From Bugula neritina (Eukaryota; Animalia; Bryozoa): DNA of 64,000 bases. A model generated the notes under the pieces. It had not been told where the DNA came from, did no database searches, and saw nothing but the letters and a program-made list of their open reading frames with translations. Within the stretch, counting starts at the first letter, position 1; every line of letters begins with the position of its first letter. Made by a program: the position numbers and the translations under genes. The stretch is taken from assembly GCA_964035545.1 (NCBI GenBank), contig OZ037765.1, positions 8,752,698 through 8,816,697 of the forward strand. Direction: 5' to 3'. Shown here one piece after another: positions 39,041 through 53,200 of the stretch.

Positions 39041-40289
39041 CTCTTGGAGGTATGAAGTATATTTTAATCTAAAATAGAATAATAAGCAATACCAGCTTTA
39101 TATGTTTCGACTAAATGTTTACTAACAATTTTATCAAGTATAACACATAGGAATTAAATGACTAAAATAACACTTTATAAAATATAAAAAGTGAGTCATA
39201 TTTCAATAATTCTGATAACTTTCAACAGTCTCTATAAAGATAAACAAACATGAACAAGCATTTTACTATTACTAAGTAAGTGGTATAAGTATCAAACAAG
39301 TAATTATAGTTAAAAATTATAATATCGATAACTAATTACTTATTATGATATATGCTGAAAAAAAATCTTTTAAAAAAAGTTTAAAAAATAAAGTAAGTAG
39401 TTCCCACAAGTCTAATGTTATATTTTGATATACTAAGTTGAGACCATCTGCTAGCCAACACGTTTTGTCTCTCAGGAAAGGTTGAGACTCACTGATTGTA
39501 AACAGCAAACTATTTTTTTATGTCTCTTCAAATATATTTTCAATGCAAGAAAGCGTAAAAATAACCCAAAAAAAGTATCGCTTGGTTTAACATAATGCAT
39601 AGAAAAAAAAAACACTTGCTAACCAAACATTTACGGATTTTAGTTTTAGTACAAATACCCTAATGCTAAGTACATACAATTCTCCAAGAATATAAAAAAC
39701 CTGCTAGATGACATAAACTTTTGGATCTAATGTTATGTTTATCAATTTGTATTATTTTTCATTTAAAAATAAGCATATAAATACTCAGTATTACTTATAA
39801 TAATGTATTGATATTATAAATATAAATTGAAATCCCTTTTTACAAATTGAAGTAGCATGATAGCAATTAAAATTTTAGTCTTATGGTGAGTATGTCAGAC
39901 TTAATTACTGCCAGCACTTGCACCTTGCCAATAATTTAAGAGGTATAATGTGCAATATGTCAATCCAAACTTCAATTAAAACTAATTAAGCAAATCGATA
40001 ATCAAACACCATGATCGTGATTTTACTTTTAGCAAGTAAAAAGATGCCAAAACACAGATAATCGTTTTGTATGATATTTAAATTCAATATTGTTGATAGT
40101 GATATTAAGTGCTTGACATAAGCAAGAATAAACTTAAAGTTCAAATGAAATTTGTAAAAATTAAAGTGCTAGTTCAAATGTAGGAATTTGTCCAAACTAA
40201 TAGACATTCTTCAGTTGAAATCTATTTGTTTTCATGGAAATCAATATAAATTTGAAAAACCAATGCAATATATAACTAGATATCTGTAT

Positions 40290-42200
40290 TTATGTTATGA
40301 GAAATATAGTCAATAACTATAAGCTATTGTAACAGAATTAGGATAGCTATTAGTGTTATTATTAAATAATTATGCTTAGGACTCACTTTTACTTTCAGTA
40401 TCACCTATAGGCAATAAGTGTTATACAAGTAAGTGTTATAAGAGTAAGTTTAATACTAATTAATAATGATATAACTAATAGCCCACTAATTGCTAAATAT
40501 AATACTAATACTGGTAGACGTATTAATAGTATTTATGAATAACTAACTAAACTAAGTCTAATAGTAATACATTTATAAACATACTTATACTATGTCTATT
40601 CCGGATAATGATAACTCAAGTATACACAACTTAAACTTCAAGTTGGTTTTTATCAGTTAATTTTATCAACTCATAACTGATAAAGACTAACTTTAAGCAC
40701 TATCAGTATTACTAATACAAATAAGTTAGTATATTTATGATTATAAGTATAACGGTAACATTAACAGTATGATGCAGTGCGTATGAAATTGAATAACAGA
40801 ATAAACTAACTTTAAGTGATAAACTTAAAGTATAAGTATAATAAGTATAATAATTAGAATAACTGATCAACAATAGCTGTAAATGTATGTAGCTGTAAAA
40901 TTAATAATTCACTATTACTATTAGTAGTAGTATAACTATAAGTCAATATAAGTATAACTAATACTAATAGTAATACTACAAGTACAAGCAATAACTATAA
41001 CTTATAACATTAACTATAAGTATTAGTTTTAAATTCACTTTTACTATTATTATTACTCTTAGATTTAGTATTACATTTTCGTTTTAATTTAGTTTTACTT
41101 TTATTATTAGTATATTACTGTAACTCATAGTAATTGAGTATAACATCAACAGTAACACTATAGCAACTATTGTTGATGTTATACTTGTAGTTATACTATA
41201 AGATTAAGATCAACTATAGTATATAAGTATCACATTTACTACTAAACACTTAAGGCAGGTAGTAATAGTACTCCTATTAAGCATTAGCCTTAATATTACT
41301 ATTAGACATTAATACAGCTTAGAACTATAAGCATAAAATAAAGATTAACTTCAACTTCAAGTACAAGATATTAAAACTAAATAGTTTCAGTTTTACTGCA
41401 CACTATCAGTATCACTACGACTAAGAATAAGTACTACGTATATTACATGACTATAAGTATAAGCATCACTATCAGTATGACTATATTATGGTCCTACTGA
41501 TAGTGATACTTACTACTTATACTTATAGTCTATAGTTATACTAATACTATTACTATGGAGTATGGTCTATGAGTATAACATTAACTATAATTAAACGTTA
41601 AGTTGAACTATAACTTATAGTTATACTTATAGTTATACTATGAGTATTACTATTAGATTTAGTATAACCATAAGTATAAGTATAACTATTAGTATTACTA
41701 TTAGTATAACATCAACTATAAGTATAAGGCATAGTGATAGTCATAAACATAAGTTAGTTAATAACTATATAAGACTAAAAGTTACTAAGTATAACTTTAA
41801 GATTAAGTATAAGATAAAGTACTACTAATAACTAAGTCTAATAACTAATACCAATAGACATAGTAATAGTAATACTAATAGTAATAGTAATCGTAATGCT
41901 AATAGTAATACCTGTAACTATAAGTATAAGTTTAAGACATAACTCATAAATCATAAGTAATAATTAATACTAATAGTAATAAGTAATAACTAACAATTGT
42001 ACGTAGTATTAATATTATTAGTAGTACTTAGTAATAACTATAGTTCACAAATTCAAATTGAAATTGAAATGCATTCATATTTGAGTATTTTTGCCTCCAT
42101 CAAAAAGTGTAAGAACCTGGAAAATATGAAGTTGAAATTATGCAATACTCATAGTCATACTGATAGTGATAATCATACTGAGTTACTCGTACTGATAAAC
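40290..42200. repeat. ~1.9-kb degenerate periodic TA-rich tract upstream of the POP4 start codon
   Basis: agtataagtata/actataacttat/agtattactatt hexamer mosaic containing several imperfect hairpins. Confidence 0.8.
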
Positions 42201-42570
42201 CCATCGAACTCAATAATCACTTAATGGTCTTTTCCAGCTCAGTGGACGAACCATTGTTGTTGCTTTTCCAAGCCCATATGGCATATTAGTTATATTATTG
42301 TATCGGACCCCATAAAATCATTTCTCTGCAGTGACTGTTTGTTTTCCTCTACGTGATTGGTAAAAAAACGCTTTTACTGTAAAACATCTTCTATTGGATG
42401 CATAATCGTTCGACGCCTCTGCTCCACCAAAATGTAAGCTCTTTATTGATGCTCGTATTTATGGATTATAACCATGATCAACTGCAATATTAATAATCAT
42501 CATGAGGATCCCAGCAATAGCACAAGTTTATTCTGCGATAAACAACCGAATAGTTCTGTCAACAAGTAAA
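42200..42570. promoter_or_regulatory. Candidate bidirectional promoter / first-exon island for POP4 and MAP3K
   Basis: CpG-containing unique island between two periodic tracts and between divergent genes. Two ATTGG (reverse CCAAT) boxes at ~42356 and ~42393; plus-strand donor-like GTAAGC near 42434. Confidence 0.5.
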
Positions 42571-42599
42571 ATTATCGCTATGAGTGTGTAGCCTTTAGT

Positions 42600-43800
42600 T
42601 GTTCTGTATTTTTTTACTATTATTATTACTATTAGTATTTATCATTATGATTGTGTTTTAGTTAAACTTTTTGTTTATACTTTTAGTTAGTTTAAATTTA
42701 TAGTGACAGTAAGTGTAACACATAATAATTAAATAAAAATTGATAGTGGGCATGCCAATACCCAATCCATCACCATAGGCATGACCATGGCCATTGCGGT
42801 TGCCTGGGCTCTGGCAACCCCACTATCATTATGATAATCAGATTGAGCTAAGAATTATCAATATCATAAAGTCATAATATTTGTGATTGTCATGGTTATA
42901 CTATTAATATTAATTATCAACTCATAATCCTATTAGTATTACTATTAGTATTAGTATTAAGTTATTCATATTGATATTAATAATAATAATAATATCAATT
43001 AAATTTAATATTATTATTAATCAATAAAATATGAATAATATTAATATAACTAAATTTAATACTTATAGTTATTACATTTACTATTAGTTATTTATTTATA
43101 GTTATTATTACTAATAGTAATAGTAGTATAAGTATTAATACTAATATTAATAGTAATTCTATTACTATTACTATTAGTATTAGATTATTAATATCATTAG
43201 TAATAGTAATTTAGTGTAATCAACAATGTTATTAGTATAACTACAAGTATAAGCATTACATTTACTATTAACTTATAGTAAAAGTAGAATTATAATAATT
43301 ACTATAGAGTTGGTGTTGGCATAAGTATTAGTATTACACTATGACTATCACTTTGATTTAGAGTAAGAGTTGCACTTACTGTCACTAACTCTAAATCTAA
43401 CAGTAACCCTATGCTAGTAATTTCATATTATAAATATAATAATTATTATTGTTATTTTTGTTAGTATTACTATTTGTTACTTCTACAGTACTAGTAGTAC
43501 TATTAGTACTTGAGTACTTGATCATAATTATAATTTATCATCATTATGATTTAGATTATTACAAGCACGTAGGTACTACTTCAACTTAGACCTAACCCAA
43601 CTTAGACCTAACCCAACTTAGACCTAACCCAACTTAGACCTAACCGTATACTTTATCATTGTGATAATGGTTTATCTTTATCAATAACTGCAAATTTTTG
43701 AGTTGTGACTCAATCTGAATCTTATAGTTATACTTTTAGTCTATTACAATTACTTTTACTCATTAGTAATTGGTTATTTCTTTTATTTATATTTATAACT
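42600..43800. repeat. Degenerate periodic TA-rich tract on the MAP3K side
   Basis: tattagtattactattagtattagtatt-type hexamer mosaic. Confidence 0.75.
43582..43645. repeat. 16-bp minisatellite (CAACTTAGACCTAACC) x4
   Basis: Four perfect tandem copies are directly visible. Confidence 0.9.
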
Positions 43801-45916
43801 CTTAATTATCATTGAAGCTAATTTATGCTAAAATTACTGACATTGAATCACTTCATCTGAAGTACTACATAATCAATAGAATTCAACAATAACTGGGACC
43901 TCAACACTTGAACTTTGGCTATTTGATTTTGATTCTATCACACCTACTATTTAAAGTAAAAGATTTCAGTATAGTATGGAGTTGAAAAAATCTTAATCAA
44001 GTTAAACTATCAATAATAAATATCTCTTCAAGTCAGCAAGTACTCAATTCTATGCCACTTGTACTTAGTTTTGGAAAAGTGACTTGGTAATAATGATTTG
44101 TACCATTATCATGCTACTACTCACTATAGTTTTGTTTAGTGGCTATAGTTCAACGCTATGTTTAACTATGAGTATGTAACAAACTTTCAGCTGGTACCTC
44201 ATAAATTCGCCAACTTACTTAAGATTAATGATTTAATAGAATATAGTTTACACACTTTGGCTGTTTTCAGCTATTTGAAAATATTTGTTTAACATCTGCA
44301 GGCTTATATGACTCAATGCTATGCACTGTTTTCTACATTTAATTCAATAAACACTTCAAAGTTTACAGTATTGAGTTTACACTTATCCCAGACACTAATG
44401 AGTAATGTAGCTTCTAGTTGAATCGTAGTAGTCTGTACTCTGTAGTTAGTATACTCTGTTTACACTAAAACTAAAAGTAAGATCTCAAGGCTGGTTACAT
44501 CACAGTTATTCGATTTGAGTTTGCTTTAGGGAAGATTTCAGTTGGCATCATGTCGAATGCAAATTTTGCACTTAGATGTTAGTAAGTTACTTGGTTGTAC
44601 GAGATTTGATTAGTGAAGTTGTTTTACTTGCCGCCTGTGGTACCACCCGAGATTATCATTGGCTTCATTAGAAAGATATATGGTCAAATACCATTATATA
44701 AATCATATTAATTAATCTGGTCAAATTATGCTAGAAAATTTGGATAATTTGTGTTGGTAAATTTGGCTAAATTACTTCAGTAAATCTGTTATTGCAAGCC
44801 TAGATGAAAATGCACAACTACATTCTTATTGGTTGAAAAATAAGTTTGTTACCCACTAATGACTAGCATAACTGTGAGTACTTTCGGGGTGAAGAGTAAC
44901 GTAATATAAACTGTTAAATTTAGCTGTAGTATGAATTAGGCACGTGCTTGTGTGTTAACTTTTTCAATTTAAAATTAATGAATTAGTCTCCTTTTCAGGA
45001 CTTATTTTGGGTTAGCAAAGATGAACTTTTGCGTGTATGTCAGTTTTTTAGGGATTGTTGAATGATGCCACAACTTCTCATTTTATATAGTTTTTTAGCT
45101 TCAAAATACTTTTATAAGTAGTTCAGGACAGCTGAAATTTCACTAACTGCAAATCAAAGTTGAATGTTTAATTAATAGTGACTCTTGTAGCACCAAAAAG
45201 TTGCAATTCAGCCAAGCTGTTTGCTGGTTTAAGTAATTATTTCAACAAACTAGTACATTTTGTAATTGTATTTTTTGCTTTATATTAAGCTATTTATTTT
45301 CAATAAGTTGAGGTTACTATACCAGTATAATAGCTCCAGGTTCTGGATATCAATTAGTAATGATGATAAAGTAATTGATATTTACTGAAGGATCCTCAGC
45401 TGTGCAGTAACAAACTTGCACTGTGAATTGTTCTATGCTAGTAGAGCATTATTATGCAAACATAAAAGACTGTAGTTCTATTCAAGCCTAGAGCTATCAC
45501 TCCTTAAACCTCTTTATATATTGTTTTATACTGTAAATGAAAAGAAAAGACTGCATTGTAATGAAGTACTGGACTGTAAATAATAAGTTTATATCTGGGT
45601 TGTAGCAAGTCAAACTATTTAACTAGTAAAGTTTCTGCTTTGCAGTTTATAAACATTCTAACTTGCAGGTATTCCTTAGCCTTTTATAAGCCTGGAATGC
45701 TTGTCATTTTTCTAACATTCATTTTACAAGTATGGCTGCCTCAGGAATTACTAACTTACTACTATTTACTGGGGAGTGCTTTTACATAGACTTCCTAATA
45801 GATGACCCGTTTTATTGTTTTATTCGTATGACTCTGCCTTGTTTGAGCTGCCAATCACCTGCTGATGACATATGCTTGTTTCTACATGTATTGCCTACAT
45901 CAGTCTCAGTTCCATG

Positions 45917-46055
45917 AACTGCTTCAAGTTTGTCTAAAGTCACCATCCCTGTGAGAACCTCTGGTGGGAAGGCTTAAGGGCTGTGTGTTTGGCGGGATTC
46001 AAACCCATGACCTATCACTCAATAGGCCAGCCTTTTATCACTGGAGCAAAGCTGT
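45917..46055 (-). mobile_element. Short tRNA-derived SINE (family B) sharing its 3' tail with family A
   Basis: The minus strand has B-box-like GGTTTGAATCCC followed by CCTTCC...TTCTCACAGGGATGGTGACT...AAACTTG, matching the family A tail. Confidence 0.65.
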
Positions 46056-47208
46056 TACTTAAAGTCTAAGTTCTATAGCTATTCTTTGATAACCTTTTAG
46101 AGCTTCATTACCTCATTGGTAATTTTAAATTTTACCAGTTCTGCAAGTGAGGGAAGCTTTTATATTATTTCAGTTCATTTTGTATATGTTGTAGATTAGC
46201 TTTGGGATTTGGTCGTTACAGTTGGGCTTGTGTACAGCATAGCAGTATTGACGTAAGTAATGTATTGAAATGTATATATATAGAAAAGTTTAATTTACTG
46301 GTAGGCTGAAAATGCTAATTTTTTAGCTTCAAATGACCTTCATTAGGCGGTACCTAGACATGTCCAAGTTGCCAGTAAGATTGTTTTAGTGGCCAGAAAC
46401 TGCTTAAAAGCATATAAATAGCAAACTAACTTGTAGTTGCATTAAGCAAGACAGTGCAAAATATCGAATAAACATAAAAGGGAACAGTTCATACGTTAGT
46501 TAATCAAATCGGTCATTATCCCATTTCTATAAAAATACAAAAATGGTTTTATTACTTGTAAATTGTAGACACAGTATATCATTCTATCATATTAATAAAT
46601 GGTTTTAATGCAAGTTGAGGGAAACAGCCAGTAGAATACCATCAAAGATTGGAAGTTTGTTTAAGTAAATTATTTCTGGAAGGATTTGTAACATCCAAGT
46701 GCAAAGGTAGGCCTGCTAGATTACAAAGCTCATTGCCAGTATGTGTAATTAAACGATTACTAACTGTCTAAATAAGTTAATTTATTTTTGATAGACATAT
46801 TTATTTCTTCTCTAACCACTTCTTTGGAAATTTCATGACAGTTGGTTTGTGATAAATAATGGTGGTTGGTATGCTAAGAGATCTAACCACCTTGACTTCC
46901 TTGAATACAGATACTAATGTATTATGTTACTAGAACATGCCTCAAAGTACATCACTCAGCAGTGTGCGATGATTTATAACTTTTTTGGCCTCTCTCAGCT
47001 GCATCTCCATGTTTAATAGATAGTATAATAGAGTAGTGCAAAGGTATTTAGTCTTTTAAAACAAAGCTACGTACATTAGAGTCTGCTGCACTACAATTGT
47101 AGGAAAAGTTCATCTGGTGATCTGATTAAGTCCAAAGAAATTGAGTCCTTTTAGCAAAAATTATAAGATGTAGAAAGATATCAACCCAGAAGTACTGCTA
47201 CCATCGCC

Positions 47209-50200
47209 ATGGGTAAGTTGGTAAATTTAAATCTAAACTTATGCCTTGTCGTTGGAATTTGTGATAGTGCTATTCTATCATTCAATGGGCATAGTAGTTG
47301 ATCTCTATTGCGTATTGATAGTGTGTTATGAAATATTAGCCGTCTTTTAGTCTACTGCTGCAGTGCTAATTCATCAAGCACTTGACGCTTCAGGTTTTGT
47401 AAATAATCTTCCTGATGTCAGCTGATCATTATATCAATGCAACAGGTATCTGCACAATTCAACATTTGGTTTATAAGGGTGGGCTGTAACACCCCCCCCA
47501 TTTTGTGGGAATTAAGATTAAAGACTAAGTGATTTATATTCAAGGCGATCACATAATTCTATAAATCATACTTCACTCAATTGTAGGACGTACTTAAAAT
47601 ACTATTCATTGCTTATGCTTAGCCATAAATATTTTGTACCAAAAAGTTGTTCAATAATAGGGGTTATTAATCTGAATGTACTACTACTTTTTTATATAAA
47701 TGTGTAATATATACAGCCTTTGGTTGCTAAAACTTTTGGGACCTAATCCAGTTATGCCTTTATAGTGTATCCTTTTTCTGCTTTTGTTTCTCTGAGATGG
47801 TAGATTTTTTCCTTCATTTTAAGTTTGGTAAACCTAAAGAATTGGATCAACATGACGTAAATAGCTATTAATAGACCCTGTTTAAATTTGCATTGTCAAC
47901 CAAGGGCACAGTTAATTCTTTGTAAAGTCGAATTATGCTTTTGCAATTTTCATCACTAACAAGTCTAGCTCGCCAAAAGTTTTAAAATATTTTTATTTAG
48001 GGTAATTTTACCTCAAAAGATTGAAGTTAGACTGAAAATTAAACATGATAAAGGTTTCAAGATTAATATAAATAAATATATTTTTATGCATTTTAGTGTC
48101 TATTGAATTTGTAGCCACTGATCCCAAGGATGTAAATCAAACTTTAACTGAGATAGAGCGGCTACTACGAGGGGCATCTCTTCTGTCTCAACCTAATGCT
48201 AAGCTGTCCTCAACCTCCCAAGTATGTCAAACTTCACACTGTCACTACATTTACTCTGCCTGTGTATTATTACTAGTCATTAGTAGATAGTTATGTTTGC
48301 TTTGGCCAAGAGTGATTGTCTCTTGTTTATGAGTTCTTGAAGCACTTCCTGTATGAAAATTCATTCCTCCGTACCTAATAGAACTGATTAACTATTCAAG
48401 TTCAATAGCTATGAAAAGGAATTTCATAATTTCAATATGAATCTAAGCCTATTGTGTGCTATTTATTCAGCATTCTTTCTCGGTAAATCATCACTACCAA
48501 GTTTTTCAAGTTTATAACCATAATAAGAGAAGAACTATCTTGTAACACAATTTAAAGCAAATAGTGCAGTTCAAAATAAAGCCCAATCATAAAGTAGGGA
48601 TAACCTTTGAAATGAACTGTCAAACATTTTAATTTATTGAATGAGGCACTGGTTTATCCATTGGTCAGAGCTCTAGTACTCTTTTCTTACAATTTTTAGT
48701 ATGCATAGCATATAACAGATTCAGGCTGAAACCTAATATCACTTATGCTAGTTACTTCCACTAATATTTCACTATACACTATATACTAAACTGTTTAGGG
48801 TAATCAAATTACACCAGATTGCTGTAAGCCAGTGCATAGCTTTCTCTCTACTTTTTATCTGTTGATGTTTTTGATTTACTAGAAAATTTGTTGGTTATGC
48901 ACTGATAGGTGGAATTCCCGTCATAATATATATATATTTGTGTACCAACTTATAAATAAATTTAAGGAACAGTCATAATTGGTATTTCATGGAGCTTTAC
49001 CTACATTTGATTAAATAAAAGCTCTGAATTTAAAATTAAAATTTCAGTCAACCATCTAGATTTGGTATTCTTGTATCTTGGATTTTAAGCTAAATTTACT
49101 TTCAAAATATATTTGTTTTATTAAACTTTTATACTAAAGTGTGTATTATATACTGAATGCTCAACATTATCAAATGAGTACGATAAATGGTAATACTTGG
49201 TGCAGGGTTATACTATGATCAGGTAGACTTTACTTGTAGTTAGTGGAAATTAGTGTTGGAAAATTTTAGCATATCACTTTCCCTGGCATCTAGTGCACAA
49301 ATTCCTACTTTTATGGTCTCTGCATTGTTATCTGGCTAGAAGGAAGCCTGTGGACTAGAATGTATTCAATGCACTCCGGTGGGGGGGGGTGCTTGTCTAG
49401 CCAGACTGTATTAGCCTCCAGTGTCAGAGTACATAACTGTTCTACCACAGCTATTATATTTTTTGCAGGCTAGTTAGTTTCATATGGTAATAGGAAACTG
49501 CCATTTTTTTCAACATGGCAGCCCAACCAATGGGTTAAAAGCCTAATAATAATAATGATGAAGCTTCATCTTGGCTTTGTGCAAAGGCCTTTGAGCAACT
49601 TTTATCACATCCAAACACCTTTACAACTTAATTTTTCAGATATTAAATTCAAGGATCTAACATTACCCTACAATATATTATGTGTGCTTGTATTTATTGT
49701 AAGGGTTCTGGTATAATGCCAAGTTTGGCAAATCTACAGCCACCACTAGATTCTACAGGCAATGGTGTAATGTTAGAACACGCTGAGTTGATTTATGATG
49801 TGGCATTTTTTCAGGAACAAAAACTGAAGTTAATGTACAACAATGAAGTTCGAGCAATCACATTCACTAAACCTGTGAAATATGACCATCTTCTGCTGAA
49901 AGCCAAGGAGCTGTTTGGTCCATTCAAACACATCTACCATCGCCACCATCATGGCCAGGTTAGCTTCTCTCTTCCAGTACTTTTACTCACTTGTTACTTC
50001 AGCTCTGGGCCTAATATAGTCTTTTCTGAGGAGTATACTAGTTTATTCTGCTGACAACTTGCCAAGAGTCTTGTAAAACAAAATCTGTTGAGTCATATAA
50101 TCACAGTGGATTGTGTAGTAAGTAGTAAACCAGAAGTAGTAAGTAGTAGACCAGACAATAGTGGTCTGTGAGTAAATGAGAATTTAAAACAATACAGCAA

Positions 50201-53200
50201 AAAGTAAATACTAATTACTAGCAGCTTGATTTCTGCTGGCTGGTCATGATATTGCAAAGGTTGGTTGGCTGAGCTCAGTTCCTTCTGGCCTGCAGTCAAT
50301 GTCTGTACAGTCTATACTTTATAGTTTCTATACCAACCAACTTGCTAACCAGTCTCTGGAAACATATACTCTATATAACAATGAACTTGAATCTGTTATG
50401 AAAAGTGAACAGTAGCATGTTGAATATTGTATTGTTTGGCAACACAAATTTTTAAACTCTTGCGATGAGTCATGTAAAATACATATATGCTGGGATAAGT
50501 GAGAATCTATTTTTTATGCTACCAGCTGTAACCCTGAGTGCCACTGTACAGCTAAAGTGATACTCTGTTCCTATTGGATACTTGGTTTCTGCAGACTACA
50601 ATAAAACTGTCATCTAAATTTTGATTAGCTAGATTGATAAAATTAATATAGATTGATAAAACCATTTTACTTTGTATTTAATTGTCATTAATTTGAAAGC
50701 TATCTTGAAAATGCATACTAGACTGACCTCAACTTCCTCAATTTCAATGTATTATGTAGGTTATAAATTCTAAACATGATCACTAAAAAAATTCTTATTA
50801 ATTCATGTTCTTTTGTGTCACCTTTGCAACACTATGATTTAACTTAGTGTATTAAATATAAATTTGATAAATTTGATTTCAAGGCATGTTTTGTAATGGG
50901 CCTTTTCAACTCAATAGTTACCCGGAACTAACTATTAATGTGTTTATGTGAATTTAGAAGTCATTTCACTGTTACACTCACACACCCCTCTCTCTCTACA
51001 CCCCCACATTTCTCTACACCCCTCTCTCTCTACACCCCCACATCTCTCTACACCCCTCTCTCTCTACACCCCTTTCTCTCTCTACACCCCCACATCTCTC
51101 TACACCCCTCTCTCTCTACACCCCCATGTCTCTCTCTACACCCCCATATCTCTTCACCCCTCTCTCTCTCTACACCCCCACATCTCTCTACACCCCCACA
51201 TCTCTCTACACCCCCACATCTCTCTACACCCCTCTCTCTCTCTACACCCCTTTCTCTCTCTCTACACCCCTCTCTCTCTACACTCCTCTCTCTCTCTCTC
51301 TACACCCCTCTCTCTCTCTCTACACCCCTCTCTCTCTCTCTACACCCCTCTCTCTCTCTCTCTCTCTCTCTCTACACCCCTCTCTCTCTCTACAGTCTGC
51401 ACCGCCTTCTCTTTTTAACACTCATCTTCCCTCTACAAGAATTATCTCCCTCAGCCTCATTTCCTCCCTGCATAGCATTATGTTCTATAGGCTACCTGGT
51501 GCTGAAGTAAAGACACTGCAATCAATGAAAATATGCAATATTTCTCTACATGCAGATCTATGCAACAGGTTTTGGGTGAAAAGGAATTTTGTGTTTCGTA
51601 AACCTAGTGAAAATCAAGTGGGGGGTCTGTACTCTGTTTTCTGGGGTACTGTAGATTCCCACACTCTAAAGTAATGTCCCTTAAATCACTTGCAGGCTTG
51701 TAGCATGTTGATGCATATTTCTAGTAAACATTGACATTTCGTCCAAATTTATGGTAATTATATTCTGTACCATATCTGTATCTCCGTTTCTTTCTTGTTA
51801 ACTTCAACTATGTGTTGTATGGTTTCGACAATTTAATTATGCAAGAAAGTCTGAATGTTAATTATTAGTTTTCTGGTAATGTGTTTAATCATACTACAAC
51901 TGAGGTGTAGAGTGCAGCTTAGTTTGAAATCCATATGAACTGACTTTCAACCCTATCATGCATGTAGTAGTATGTCAGGTAGCTAGTTTTATGTTTTTAC
52001 AATAATTTTATCTATTGACCTTCAGAGTTGTGTTTAGTGTTTCACGTTGTCAAGTTTTCTATACTCTATTCTCTCTATCAGAGGTAGCAACTACTAGCAG
52101 AGCAACTGTTTATGCTGTTATTATAATTACCGTGTTATAGTCGACTGTACCAAGTTATCATGTGTCTTCAGGAGTTCAAGATATCGGATCAACACGATCT
52201 CTCAGCAGTGCTGACGCAGTACAGTAGTCAAAGCAGCAGCATCAAACTCTATGTGAAAGATGCCGAACAGAAGTCTTCTGGTGCTGATTCAGTAAGTCAT
52301 GTGACTATGTCTAAGGCTACGTGTATGTGAATGATATAATGTGGTGATAGAGGTGTAATGTATACCTGTACTTTATAGAAACTGTATCATATAATTATAG
52401 GATGCAAAAATAATATTCTAGCACTTCATGGGCTCACAGTTGCCATTGAGATACTATATACCATCATGCTATCAATAGTCCAATATAAGATATGGGCAGT
52501 CTATCAATTTGATAAAATTCCATAGTGTTTTATGCAATAGCCAACTTATGGTTATGTTGCAGGTTTGTGCACTAAAATTATATAATTTAAGTTTCATAGT
52601 TTTTGCAGAGCAAGGCTGATTTTTAAAAGTGTATTTTTTAAATTTAGTATATAGCCAAGTGAAAATTAAATCACTGTCCATGAATGTTATTTCTCCATCG
52701 AAGCAGCTAACCTGTGCCTAGCTTTTAGTTTGCTCTTTCTAGCTGTAAGCACAATATTGTCACCTCAACATGTTAGTTAGAATCAAGCATTTATTGTCAC
52801 AAATGTGTCTTCACTAAAACCTCTCATAAATATATACAAGTATAAAATATATAATATATATTATATAATATATTATACTATATGATATATAATAATGTAA
52901 TAATGTATAATACATAATATATACAAGTATATTAGTTTTACTATTCACATTTAAATGTCAACTAGATTTGATGTTAATTATGGTTAAATGATAGTGCAAA
53001 CTGCTAGTATGGTTTATAGTGTGTGCTGATGACCAAGCCGCTTTCTGTAGGGTATTTCCATTGTGAGTCGGTCAGCAAGTTGTCCTTCACCTCCACCAGG
53101 CACGCTCACGGAGGGGGATCAAGTGATTGCACGTAAAATACAGATCAGGTCGAGCTCTAGGGTTTCCACCACTGGCAGTGCTGAGGGGGAATTCATCCCT

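Noticed and set aside
41640-41828. SITISISIT ORF (and the similar NSNSN ORF at 60322-60567) as a repetitive or antifreeze-like protein
   Set aside because: By-product of the period-3 tracts. Surrounding frames are full of stops and there is no splice context.
43582-43645. Interstitial telomere array
   Set aside because: The unit is a 16-mer containing only one TAACCC-like word, not tandem TTAGGG or TTAGG.
50938-51674. Overlapping 156-190 aa Ser/Leu/Pro/His-rich ORFs
   Set aside because: Open in all three frames only because the CT minisatellite lacks stop codons; intronic to MAP3K.
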